A stretch of DNA of 63,289 bases, filler included, from Saprolegnia diclina VS20 (taxonomy: Eukaryota): assembly GCF_000281045.1 (NCBI RefSeq). It is 4 parts of 2 records of this genome, joined end to end, with 100 filler letters (N's around TTAATTAATTAA, not from the genome) between each part and the next. Parts side by side here need not be neighbours in the genome. Positions count along the whole stretch, not along the records: positions 32,164 to 62,189 come from NW_008246069.1; 3 more parts are not named here. One strand, written 5' to 3'. The translations under genes and the position numbers were made by a program. The stretch's first letter is position 1. Each line of letters begins with the position of its first letter. A model generated the notes under the pieces. It did not search any database and was not told where the DNA came from. It worked only from the letters and a program-made list of their open reading frames with translations. Of this stretch, positions 47,601 through 58,600 are shown in pieces.

Positions 47601-48018
47601 ACCAGGACGGGAAAAAGTAGTAGAGCTGGGGGTACGCCGCATCGCCATTCGACGGGCCAGTGTACGCGGTCTGGAAGATGGAGGCTACAATGACGCCGGC
47701 CCCCGCTCGCGCCCCCAGCTCCAAATTGAACTTAAAGCTCGCTACACCACGTTTGCAACCTGTGAAACCAGCATGTTGTCTACTAGTACCTGGCACTGCG
47801 ATCGACGGCGCGGGTCGCTTGCGACCAGTCATTTCGATGCGAACACCGCTGCGGGCGTCAATGGTGTCTTGGCTCTTCGTGCGTGGGTCGCTTGGCGGTG
47901 GTCGCTGGAAGAAGTCGCAGAGACGGCGGGCCAACGCCGGTCGTACTTTGGTTGCTCTACGCCCCTCCACTTAGGCAACTTGCAGACATTGCTTGCATGG
48001 GACGTACGTCGTCTTCAT
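44602..48018 (-). CDS. ArAE/FUSC/ALMT-clan EF-hand protein, paralog B (diverged; start tentative)
   Basis: Same exon order and motifs (WYILGGVSY, GNNIYFALT, DDVWWEQSVGLH, FPQSATTLLR). EF loops DVDGNGVLDVAE and DKDKSGAVSCQE. Confidence 0.75.
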
Positions 48019-48321
48019 CGGGCGCTTTGCTACTGATCCGCGGACAGCCTTTCGCAGCGTGGTTGTCCAAGTTGAAGTGCCCCAAATAGAACGGCCATGA
48101 AACTTGCGTGTCATCCAAATCCACCAATGAACGATCGTTCCCATCACAGAACGTACGCCGATTGGCAGATCTTTTCGAGAAGGCTGGTCGTTTTTTGTGC
48201 AGCGCTACGACACTTCTCGAGCCCACTTTTCTCCACAAATATAGCGCCATCGGACGAGCCAAGAAAAGGTGCAGCAACGTATCTCAATGATACACTTATA
48301 AACTTATACACGACTATAAAC

Positions 48322-49534
48322 TCACAATAAAGCCGACGCGACTACGTCGACCTTATACTGGACATCGCGGCTGCGAAAGACGGCGTCGTTGGCATCAAAG
48401 TGAAGTCGAAGTACGCCGTCCGAGGGCGCCGACCACACGCCATCGATACACCCGGTCGCTTGATCCAGAAATTGCGCCGGTAGAATTGGTAGCACCGTGG
48501 ATGCGCCAATAAAGCCGACGCTGACCAGCACGCGCTTGCCGGGGACGCCCAGCGTATACTCGAGCACGCAGCCAGAGGCGATCGAGCGCTCGATCGTTTG
48601 CGTTGAGCGCGGCGCCAGCGTCATGGAGGCGAGGCCGTCGTCATTGACGCCCGTGAGCGGGGTCGTCTGTGAATTGGGAAGGCCGCCGATGCAACCTCGC
48701 CCGTCGCACATGCACTGGCCGCCAAGGAACGTCGGGAGGTCCGAGAGATTGAGATAGTTGGCGACATACGGGCAGTCACTTAGTTGTTTGCCGCCGGGGC
48801 AGATAACCATCTTGGCGACCGTGCGTTCGCTCAAGAGCGGTTTGAGCAGCTTAAAGACCCAAGAAAACACCGCCGGTGTGTTGACAAAGATGGTGCGGCC
48901 AAGCAGTTGCGGGTACATTTGCTCCGAGAGCTTGCTGCACTCGCCCTGGACGCGCGAGAAGCGTGCGTCATGGCCGCGAAGCAGCGAAAACCCGCTAAAG
49001 TCCAAGATCGTACTGGCCTTGACCAGCGTCCGTGTCGCGCGCGACGTTTGGTCCAGGTAGACCATTGTCGCCTCCCGCGCCAGCATCATATACTCGACCA
49101 CATCATCGTACGCAACATTGTTCATGAGCGCCTTGCTGTTGCACAGCCCAATGCGCACAATCACAAGCGGCTCGCCGAGACGCGTCAACTTGTGGTCGCC
49201 GGCCACCTAGAATCGTAATGTGGCGCCTGACTTCTTTGCAATGCGACAATAGTACCAAGTACTTTTCAATCTCGGCGTGGAGCGGAGGCTTGGCGCCAGC
49301 GTGCAGCGCGGCGATCGTGTCGGCCCGCGCCGCCCGCCACTGAATCGTGAACCGAATCGGAGCTTCGCACGCAGCCGGCGTCTCGTTGCTGAGGAGGTAC
49401 CGCAACAGCCACACGTCGTCGTGCAGAGGCGTAAGGGCGTCGCCCACGAGCGCCCTGAGCTGGCCGAGGTCTTTGGCACGGCCGGCTAAGAGCGCGTCCA
49501 AGTTGCCGCCCGACGTGCCATCGTCCACCATCAT
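48322..49534 (-). CDS. Sec14-like CRAL-TRIO + GOLD protein, copy 1 (one intron 49207-49255)
   Basis: DDVWLLRYLL, ILDFSGFSL, YPQLLGRTIFVNTP, DLPTFLGG and GOLD-like C-terminus. Confidence 0.88.
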
Positions 49535-49730
49535 CCCAAAAATATAGAAGGCTTCGAACTTCGAATTTGGATCACGTCATCGGGCAAAGTGGGACCACGA
49601 CGCAAGGACAAGCACGCGGGAACACTCTTCGGAGCTCGGTTCTGGCAGTATAAACCACGAGGGCAAGTGGAATTTGTGATATAGAACGCATAGACTAATG
49701 GCGGTAGCGTGAGCAACCAGGCAAGACACC

Positions 49731-50900
49731 TTAGGCGTCGGCGGGGTCGTCGACGACCTCGACCTTGTACTGGACCTGGCGCCCGCGGAAGACCGCGTCG
49801 TTGCCATCAAACAAGATGGTGACGACGCCGTCCGCTGGTGCGGGCCACACGCCGTCGACGAGCCCACTCGTGTCTTGGAGAAATTGCTTTGGGAAGATTT
49901 CGATCACGTTGCTGTCGCCCGAGCTCTTGAACGCGACGCTCACTTCAACGCGCTTGCCGGGCACGCCGAGCGTGTACTCGAACACGCGCCCACTCTTGAT
50001 GGCAATGTCAAGCGACTGCACCGAGCGCGCGGCGACCGTCATCGAGGCGAGGCCGTCGTCGTCGACGCTCGTGAGCGGTGTCGTCTGCGAGTTGGGGATG
50101 CCACCGATGCAGCCGCTTCCGTCGCACGAGCACTGGCCGCCAAGAAACGTCGGAAGGTCCGAGAGCTTGAGGTACTTGGTGACATACGGGCAGTCGCTCA
50201 GCTGCTTACCGCCGGGGCAGAACACCATCTTGGCCACGGCGCGGGCGCTCATGAGTGGCTTGATGAGGCGAAAGCAAAACGAAAAGATGGCGGGGGTGTT
50301 GACAAAGATGGTGCGGCCGAGCACCTGCGGGTACATCTTCTCCGAGAGCTTGCTCGTGTCGCCAAGCACCTTGGAGAAGCGTGCGTCGTTGCCGCGGAGC
50401 AGCGAGAAGCCGTTAAAGTCCAAGATCGTTATGGCCTTGAGCAGCGTCCGGGTCTCGCGCGACTTGGTGTCGAGGTACACCATCGTGGCTTCGCGCGACA
50501 GCATCATGTACTCGACCACCGCGTTGTACGAGACGTTGTCCATGAGCGCGCGCGGGTTGCAGAGCCCAATGCGCACGTAGAAGATCGGCTCGCCCAGCGC
50601 CGTGTACTTGTGGTCGCCCGCCACCTGGTACTTGCTCACTTCAGTGTGATATGGCGCCTGCCCGCCTTGCTTGATGCGCTCGAGCGCGTCCTTGCGCTCA
50701 GCCCGCCACGTGATCGTGAACCGGATTGGCTCCTCGCTCGCGGCCGGGCTGCCGTTGCTGAGGAGGAACCGCAGCAGCCAGACGTCGTCGTGCTCGGGCG
50801 TGAGAACGTCCTTGACGAGCGCCTTGAGCTCTGCGATGCCCGCCGCATGCTGCGAGAGAAGCGCGTCCAAGTTGCCGCCCGTGAGCCCGTTGTCCGTCAT
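49731..50900 (-). CDS. Sec14-like CRAL-TRIO + GOLD protein, copy 2 (intronless)
   Basis: DDVWLLRFLL, YPQVLGRTIFVNTP, DLPTFLGG. Start MTDNGLTGGNLD chosen by alignment to copy 1. Confidence 0.9.
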   Translation of the reverse strand: MTDNGLTGGNLDALLSQHAAGIAELKALVKDVLTPEHDDVWLLRFLLSNGSPAASEEPIRFTITWRAERKDALERIKQGGQAPYHTEVSKYQVAGDHKYTALGEPIFYVRIGLCNPRALMDNVSYNAVVEYMMLSREATMVYLDTKSRETRTLLKAITILDFNGFSLLRGNDARFSKVLGDTSKLSEKMYPQVLGRTIFVNTPAIFSFCFRLIKPLMSARAVAKMVFCPGGKQLSDCPYVTKYLKLSDLPTFLGGQCSCDGSGCIGGIPNSQTTPLTSVDDDGLASMTVAARSVQSLDIAIKSGRVFEYTLGVPGKRVEVSVAFKSSGDSNVIEIFPKQFLQDTSGLVDGVWPAPADGVVTILFDGNDAVFRGRQVQYKVEVVDDPADA

Positions 50901-51473
50901 GAGAGTACTGCTTGAGGCGGATATTTCGAAATGCCCATCAGTGTCGTCGAAGTTGAGAGGTTGAACTTCGACGACTTTGCCGGCTTCAACGTTGTTGGCG
51001 ACGTTCAGAGACCGAACATTTGCGATCTCTGGGACGACGAGCGTGGTCCAAGCATTATACTTGGCAGCGGATGTGTGCAGATTCGGGCTTGGCAGTCGGG
51101 TTCGAATACCAAGAATAATGAGGAGCGGGAAAGTTGACGAGCGAGGCTCCATCTTATGTACATGCACTCACTCTGCGCCATCGCACCGGTACCGGTAGCC
51201 GCCACGCCGTTCGAAACAGTGCATGTGGTCCTGCACGTGTTGGAGTCTCTCACGAGAGCAACCGAGATGCCTTCGCAACCGGTGCCTTGAGACGCTCCCG
51301 CGCCGAGACTACCCAAAAGACCGCTTCTTTGATCAAGTGATCTCGTGCCTACCTTGCTCGTACTTGGCGGATTGCGCGGACGATACATGAGCAATGGCCG
51401 CTCGAGCAACAACGGCTCATCGACGTCGATTTAGGTGTTGATTAACATTGCATGTATTTACGACTGGAAGCAG

Positions 51474-51944
51474 CTACTGCGACGGCGGACGGACCATATC
51501 CATGTGCATAATACCATCGTCATCGTACGGTTCGGACGTGGCTGCAAAGCCGAGCGACTTGTAAAAGCCTTCCAGATACACTTGGGCGCTAATCTCGATG
51601 GCTTTGCCTGGCCATCGCCGCGAGCACTCGGCGATCGCTTCCTGCATGAGCTGCTTCCCGAGACCGCCACCGCGGTGCTTGGGCGACGTCAGGACGCGGC
51701 CAATCATGGGCAGTTGCTGCGACGCGCCCTTCGTACCAGGGCCGAGGAGTCGGGCGTAGGCCATGATGGCGCCGTCGTCGGCGAGCGCGGCCAAGTGGTA
51801 CACGATCGGGAGCTTGTCGACGTTGTCCGAGTCCAAGTAGGCGCATGATTGCTCGACGATAAAGACCTCGCAGCGCACGGCCATCATGTCGTAGAGGAGC
51901 GAGGCAGAGAGCTCCGCGAACGGCTTACACACCCAGTGGACCAT
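51474..51944 (-). CDS. ElaA-type GNAT acetyltransferase, copy 1
   Basis: W..KPF.EL...LY....R.EVFIVEQ.C.Y.D.D; IGRV...HRGGGLGK; SAQVYL..FY...GF; YDDDGI.H..M. Confidence 0.9.
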   Translation of the reverse strand: MVHWVCKPFAELSASLLYDMMAVRCEVFIVEQSCAYLDSDNVDKLPIVYHLAALADDGAIMAYARLLGPGTKGASQQLPMIGRVLTSPKHRGGGLGKQLMQEAIAECSRRWPGKAIEISAQVYLEGFYKSLGFAATSEPYDDDGIMHMDMVRPPSQ

Positions 51945-52155
51945 CGTGGAAGATTGAAAAATGACCAAGTCAAACTTTTCGCCATTGGTGATTGGCTAAA
52001 AATATAGGACACGCATCGAGTGCAGGTCAGGGGTGTCATCATCCGGCTGGATCGCCCAGGTGGTGGCAGGGTGGCATGCAGGTCCGAGACGAGCGTCGAA
52101 TGGCGCCGAAGGTATTCGAGGCTGAGCATTCATCGCTCGCATCTGACAAGACGCC

Positions 52156-52644
52156 ATGACGGCCATCAACTGGGTGTGTAAGCCGTTCGCCAAGCTGTCG
52201 GCAACAACGCTCTACGACATCCTTCACGTCCGCTGCGCTGTCTTCGTCGTCGAGCAGCGATGCGCCTACTTGGACGCGGACAACATCGACAAGACACCGA
52301 CGTGTCTGCATCTCGTCGGCACTGGCGCCGACAACCACGCGATTGCAGCGTATGCGCGCTTGCTCGGGCCGGGCACAAAAGGCCCGACGCAGAAGCACAC
52401 GATCATTAGCCGCGTCGTGACGTCGCCCGCATATCGCGGGTCGGGCGTCGGCAAAACACTCATGACCAAAGCCATCGAAGCCTGCGACCACACGTGGCCC
52501 AACACACCGATTCTCCTCAACGCCCAAGCCCGCTTGGCGCCGTTCTATTCGTCACTCGGCTTTGTGCAGACATCCGAGCTCTACACGGAAGACGGGATTG
52601 AGGCCGTCGACATGCTCCGCGACTCGCCTGCCAAGCAAGGATGA
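52156..52644 (+). CDS. ElaA-type GNAT acetyltransferase, copy 2
   Basis: VFVVEQRCAYLDAD, RVVTSPAYRGSGVGK, AQARL..FY..LGF, YTEDGI. Confidence 0.9.
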   Translation: MTAINWVCKPFAKLSATTLYDILHVRCAVFVVEQRCAYLDADNIDKTPTCLHLVGTGADNHAIAAYARLLGPGTKGPTQKHTIISRVVTSPAYRGSGVGKTLMTKAIEACDHTWPNTPILLNAQARLAPFYSSLGFVQTSELYTEDGIEAVDMLRDSPAKQG

Positions 52645-52769
52645 GCGTCCTGAGGCTACAAGGCTAGCACGTAGGTGGAGCTGAGTTCACCATAACAATG
52701 TAACAACACAAAAAGGAAGTATTTTCCAGGCTTTATTCTCGAGCGTAAATTGGCTCTATGATATAGTCG

Positions 52770-53696
52770 CTAGTGCTGACCAAGCACGAGTTCGAGGCCG
52801 TCGTACGCCATCTCGACGTCGAGGTTGGCGTCGCGCAGCACGTCGGCGTGGATCGAGCTATTGTGCGCGTCGTAGTCGAACTCGTGGCTCATGCCCACGA
52901 GGTACGTCTTCTTGGGCCGGAGGACCTTGGCAATCTCGATCGCTTGCGGCAGATTGAGGTGCGCGCCATGCACGTCGTGCAAGTAGATGGCATCAATGAC
53001 GAGGACGTCGATTGGCGCTGGGTTGGCGAGGAGGTGCGCCCGCGTCGCGTCTGGGAGCTCGTGGAGGTCCGAGAGGTACACGAAGCGCGCGCCCACGTCC
53101 GCACCAAACTCAAATCCGCTGCAAACGTACCCTTTTCCGTGCGCGACGGGCAGCGCCGTGAACGCGACGCCGGCCGCATTGAACGCGCCAAGGTCCTCGA
53201 AGAGCTTCCAGTCGAGCTTGGCCGTCCAGCGGTAGATGGTCGCCTCGGCTTCCGATGGCTTGAGCATGAGGTAGTCAAACTTGGGCCCGACCTCGGCCTT
53301 GGTGCGCGCGTGGCAATGCACGTACATGGGCTCGTTGGCGATCTTCTTGTCCTCGCCCGTCTCGGCGCAGCGGGTCGACTGGAACACTTGCAGCTCGCGG
53401 AGGTCGTCCATGCCCAAGCACGCGTCGGCGTGGCCATGTGTGAGGACGATGGCGTCAAGCGACACGATGTTTTTCGCCGGGAAGACCTTGAGAATGCTGT
53501 CGCGGAACGTCTTGCCACAGTCGATGAGCACATTGCGCCCGCCGTAGCGCACGAGGAGGCTCGGGTTGTTGCGCCGGTTCTTGGAGCCGGGCACCGCGTG
53601 GGCGTGATGACACACGGCGCAGTTCTTACCGCTGAGGAGGCATTGCATCGACGGGACGCCCGTCGATGTACCCGTTCCGAGGAAGATGATCTCCAT
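52770..53696 (-). CDS. PhnP-like metallo-beta-lactamase-fold hydrolase, copy 1
   Basis: FLGTGTSTGVP, C..CAVC, LIDCGKTF, THGHADACLGMDDLR, VAHG, YLSD, GMSHE, AYDGL. Confidence 0.9.
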   Translation of the reverse strand: MEIIFLGTGTSTGVPSMQCLLSGKNCAVCHHAHAVPGSKNRRNNPSLLVRYGGRNVLIDCGKTFRDSILKVFPAKNIVSLDAIVLTHGHADACLGMDDLRELQVFQSTRCAETGEDKKIANEPMYVHCHARTKAEVGPKFDYLMLKPSEAEATIYRWTAKLDWKLFEDLGAFNAAGVAFTALPVAHGKGYVCSGFEFGADVGARFVYLSDLHELPDATRAHLLANPAPIDVLVIDAIYLHDVHGAHLNLPQAIEIAKVLRPKKTYLVGMSHEFDYDAHNSSIHADVLRDANLDVEMAYDGLELVLGQH

Positions 53697-54211
53697 GAGG
53701 CTGCCTGTGGCTGGCAACTGCAGGTTTGAACGGTCGCGATAGCGTAAAATACGGGACAAGCTTCAAAGATCCATTATGATTGGCTGAATTGTGCGGAAAT
53801 GTACGCTCCGACTGCAAATCTTCGTCTATTTCCACCCAATAGATTGCCGCTCGCCGCGTTGCGCAGCGCTTTTCCTGGAAGCTTTCTCTCCGACGCTGCG
53901 GCACAGCTGTACCTTGCAATTCCAAGCACGTTAAACCACAGCAGCCAAGGAAGAATATGCTTGCACAATGCAGGATCGCTCAGCCGTCCACTTTAATCGG
54001 CGTGTTTTTATCCTCGACGGCAATCGACACTGAGGTTCCTGGGGACCTGCAGTGCACACGTATTTTGCATCTTTTTATATTGTTCTTTGTATGCAGAAAT
54101 GATAGCTGGTTAATCGTATGCTCAATGCATATAATAGGCAAGATGTCGCGCCTGACATGGCTTTGAAATCGGACCACGAGCGCAATATTCGTGCGACGAT
54201 CGAGCAGGTGC

Positions 54212-55138
54212 ATGCTGCGCCGCCTGTCTCGCGCCTTCTCGACCACGCCCGCGACGATGCCAGAGCTCGAGATCGTCGTCCTCGGCAGTGGGCCATCGTC
54301 GTCGGTGCCGGTTGTGCGCTGTCTCGTGACCAACCCGGCATGTCCCGTGTGCCCCGAAGCGCTCGCGAACCCGGCCTCCAAGAACCGGCGCAACAACCCG
54401 AGCCTCCTCGTGCGCCTCTTGGGCCAAACTGTGCTCATCGACTGCGGCAAGACGTTCCGCGACAGCCTCTTGCGCGCACACCCGCAGCACAGTCCGTTTG
54501 CGATCGATGCTGTCGTCTTGACTCACGGCCACGCCGACGCGTGCTTTGGCCTTGACGACCTGCGCGACGTGCAGCAAATTGACGCCGAGACCAAGACGCT
54601 CAAGCCGCTCGGGGTCCATTGCCACCAGCGCACCAAGGACGAGGTCGAGGCCAAGTTTTCGTACTTGTTCCAGTCCAAGCATTCGGGCGGCCGCTGGACC
54701 GCGCAGTTGCAGTGGCAGCTCTTCGACGACTTTGATACATTCGAGGTCGGACGTGGCGTGCGCTTCCAGGCGCTGCCGCTCTGGCACGGCAAGGACTACG
54801 TCGCCAGCGGCTTCCTCTTTGGCGCCGAAGTTGGGAAGCGCATCGCGTACCTCTCCGACCTGAGCGCGATCAGCGACGACGCCATGGCCATCTTGCAAGC
54901 GGCGCCCATCGACGTGCTCTTTATCGACGCGCTCCATCCCGAGCAGTTTCATGGCACGCACATGAATTTGATCCAAGCGCTCGAGACCATCTCGGTGCTC
55001 AAGCCCAAGCAGAGCTACCTCACGGGCATGGGCCACCAGTTCAACTACCACAACCCGCCGCCGATGCTGGCCGAGTTTGTCGCTGCCAAGCAGCTGGGCG
55101 TCGAGATGGCGTACGACGGCCTCCGGCTCGCGTGGTGA
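54212..55138 (+). CDS. PhnP-like metallo-beta-lactamase-fold hydrolase, copy 2, with probable mitochondrial presequence
   Basis: MLRRLSRAFSTT leader; LGSGPSSSVP, CPVC, LIDCGKTF, THGHADACFGLDDLR, YLSD, GMGHQ, AYDGL. Confidence 0.9.
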   Translation: MLRRLSRAFSTTPATMPELEIVVLGSGPSSSVPVVRCLVTNPACPVCPEALANPASKNRRNNPSLLVRLLGQTVLIDCGKTFRDSLLRAHPQHSPFAIDAVVLTHGHADACFGLDDLRDVQQIDAETKTLKPLGVHCHQRTKDEVEAKFSYLFQSKHSGGRWTAQLQWQLFDDFDTFEVGRGVRFQALPLWHGKDYVASGFLFGAEVGKRIAYLSDLSAISDDAMAILQAAPIDVLFIDALHPEQFHGTHMNLIQALETISVLKPKQSYLTGMGHQFNYHNPPPMLAEFVAAKQLGVEMAYDGLRLAW

Positions 55139-55641
55139 ACCATCGTGATCGTAATAGAACTTGCATGCGTGTTCGAAGCGTACCTACGCCAGTGCTTTCG
55201 CACCCACTGTTGCGTTGTTGGCACGTGCGCCTTGCCCATCGCAAGAGGTACGGAGATGCAAGTGTACATCGCTGCCAACGGATGGTCGCACCCCGCCGAG
55301 CCATAAAAGCCGTCGACGCGTCGCTGTGCGTGCAACGACCAAGCATATCAGGCATCGGCTTTGCCTGACGCCATTGCGCACGTTAGCTGCAAGCAGCTGC
55401 GGCCGCATGCGCATACCCACGCTCGCCTCTGTCGCAGGCGTGGCATGGCCATCACAGGCCCGCCCCCGCGACAAGTCTTGTCGCTGCCCTTTCCTATCGA
55501 ACACGTGGGCGCGATCTTCGAAAAATCAGCCAATCAAAGTCGATGTATCATCTGGTACGGCGGGGATTGGCTAGCAATATCGAAGTAATTTTTGCTCGAA
55601 GTTTGGCAGTTTCCATTTTGCGCAGGCCGCAGCAGTACCCC

Positions 55642-58600
55642 ATGTACCTACCGCTTCTGCTGCTCAACGACGACGATGACCTCATGCGATGGCGTAGGAG
55701 CGAACACGCCTCACCGACGACCTTATACTATGAGAAGCAGCAGAGCTCGTTCGGCTTCCACGCGGGCGATACGCCCAAGGCAAAGCGCCGCATCATCAGC
55801 CGCGGCAAGAGCACCATCTCGCGCCAGATGAGTCGGCCCGAAGAAGAAGCGCACGGCAAGCTGCGCATCAACATGGGTACGCGGCGCGCACTTGGCGCCG
55901 AAGCCCGGTCACGAGGTACACTATTGCGAACAAGAATACCAAAGGGAAGGACTGACCGCCTGTCTGTAGCCGAGTTCAAGATGAACCTGCAGCTGGCCGT
56001 GCGCACTGCTTGTGGCGTTCTCGTCGCGTCCATGCTGCAGACCAAGAACCCGAATGTCAACACGAGCGACGTGCATCCCAAGTACTGGGCGCTCTTCCCC
56101 GACTGGTACATCCTCGGTGGCATCAGCTACGTGGCCGTCGCGTGTATCTTTTCTTGCGGCAAGAACATTGGCGCCACTGTCCGCGAGATGTTCCAGCAGG
56201 TCGCGGGCGTCGGAATGGCGTTTGTCTTCAACTGCATTCTCTTTTGCTTCATGACCCCGCGAGTCTTCAACACCAACGACGAAGGTACATCGATCTACCC
56301 AGTTTCCATGTGCTCATGCTGCTTTCTAGTCGCCTTGGCGATGGCCGACGGCACGCTTCTCCAGATCAACAAGTCATTTAGCGGCACGCCGTACTACGTC
56401 AACAACAGCGACTTCTTCACGGTGCTGCCGTTCGTGATGCTCTTCAACGCCATCGTGCTTCTCCTGCCGTTCGTACGTCCATCGAAGAGGTATAGCGCGT
56501 TCCTTACCTCGAATGGTGTAGGAAACCAACACGAAAAAGTTTGCCATGGGCAACAACTTGTACTTTGCACTCACGATCGTGAGCCCAAACGACTTTAACG
56601 ACGCGTCTACGCTCAAGCACCTCGGCGACCCATACTACTCGACCGACTACATCCTCATGAACCTCTTCGTCTACATGTGGCTCGGCGTCCTCGGTGCCTT
56701 TGTCGCATTCCTTGTGCTCTGGATTCCGTACCCGATCTTGTAGACCGAAAAAATGATATGTAACCGTCAAGACTCATCATGCTGACATGTCTAGTGCAAT
56801 CCGCGCCCTCCAGAAAGAAACCACGTCGGCGGCCGATACGATCCAAGACCTGCTCAACTTGATTGTCGACTCGTACTGCTTCAAGAACAAGGACGTCGAG
56901 CACATGAACTTTCTCAAGCTCAAACTCCAGCGCAAGTTTGACTTGGCGGTCGCAAAGAAGGACACGATGTACGCACTTCTCAACGACGTGTGGTGGGAGC
57001 AGAGCATCGGCTTGCACTACGCGCTCAAGTTTCAAAAGTCGGTCACGAAGCCGTACATCGACTTGTATGCGTCGCTCATCGACAACCTCCGCGCGATGAA
57101 CCAAGCGATCCACCTCGAGCGCTACGAGCGCCTCCACGAACTCTTTATGAAGAAGCTCCAGCGCCAAGTGTACGTCGTGCAGCTCAAGTCGGCCGCCGTG
57201 CTCCACGAGATCTCGGATGAAATCCACCTCGTGCACAAAGGTATACGAATACTTGTGTCGGCGCGTTTCTCATGCTACAGTAGACCTCAATTTGACGCAA
57301 ATGGACGAACTCGAGCGCCAAATGGAAGGGCTGCTGCAGCTCTTCCAGAAAACGCAGACCAAGATCTACTCGCGCGAAAAGCCAACGGTCGCCGACGTCG
57401 AAGGCAACATTCCGCTCAACCTCTTTCTCTTCTCGCTCCAGTCGTTTTGCACGACATTGGTTGAGTTTCAGTCCAAACTCAACAAGAAAACACACAACAC
57501 GGTATGCACTTGTTCGCTCGACTAAAAACACGCAAGAGGCTTATGTTGTTCTGAACTAGGGGTCGCGCGTCCGCAATTTTTTGAAAAAGTCCATGGGCGC
57601 ATTCGTGGACCCGGCCAAGTACACCAAAGTCAAGTTTATCACGGGCGTCAAGGTCTGGAGCGCGATCCTTGTCGGCTGCTTCCTCTCGGTCTACGTCTTT
57701 GCCTACTCGGCCACGACCGCCACCACGATCGCCTACGTCATGGGCAACCACATCGGTTTGTACCAATGCAAATGCTACTATCTTGCTCACGTGCTCGTGC
57801 GTAGGTGGCTCGTTTAGCGTGACGCTCAACCGTGTCGGTGGCGTTGTCGCCGGCTCCATCATCCCGTCTGTGATCCTCTTCTTCATCTGCTCGTACGGCT
57901 GCGTGAGCCAAGCGTTGGTCATTGGCATCAGCAACCTCTTCCTCTTCGTCTGGGTCACGTTCTCGCTCTACATCAAGTGGAAGGGCGGCTTCGAGTCGTA
58001 CGCTGGTCTTGTCTCGGCCTACGTGGCCACTGGCATCTTTCTCAAAGGCTGCGCGTGCGCCGGCACCGCGACGATGCCCATGTCGTCGTACTCGAACCTC
58101 GCGCAAATGTCTCTCGGCATCATCCTCTTCATCATGGTCGAGCTCTGCTTCTGGCCCCAGTCGGCGATCGGCCTGCTGCGCGAGAACGTGCAAAAGCAAA
58201 TGCAGCTCGGGCAGTCGGCGTTCACAACTTTGTTTGAGCAAAACCTGAGCGCAAACGGCGTCGTCGACGACGAGACCATGCGCGACGTCCAGGACGTGGT
58301 CGAGACGCAGGCGCCGGCGCTTCTCATTGAGCAGAAAGCGCTCTTGCGCGAAGCCAACTTTGAGCCGCTCTTGTGGCGACCGAAGTTTTCCCAGCAAAAG
58401 TACGAGCGCGTCCTCGACGGCTGCCAGCGCCTCCTCAACAACACGCTCATTTTGTACAAGCTCGTGACGTGGTTTCAGTTTCGCAAGGCGAACCCGCACA
58501 CGGAACCAGGCCCGCGCCGCCTCAGCATCGAGCCGTCGTCGCTCGTTGCGCGGCCACTCGACCGCAACAGCCTCGCCGAACTCGAAGACAATGCGACGCC

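Noticed and set aside
50901..51167. 89-aa N-terminal extension of Sec14 copy 2 in the ORF track
   Set aside because: The paralog begins at the equivalent of Met 50900, and the extension has non-coding-like composition
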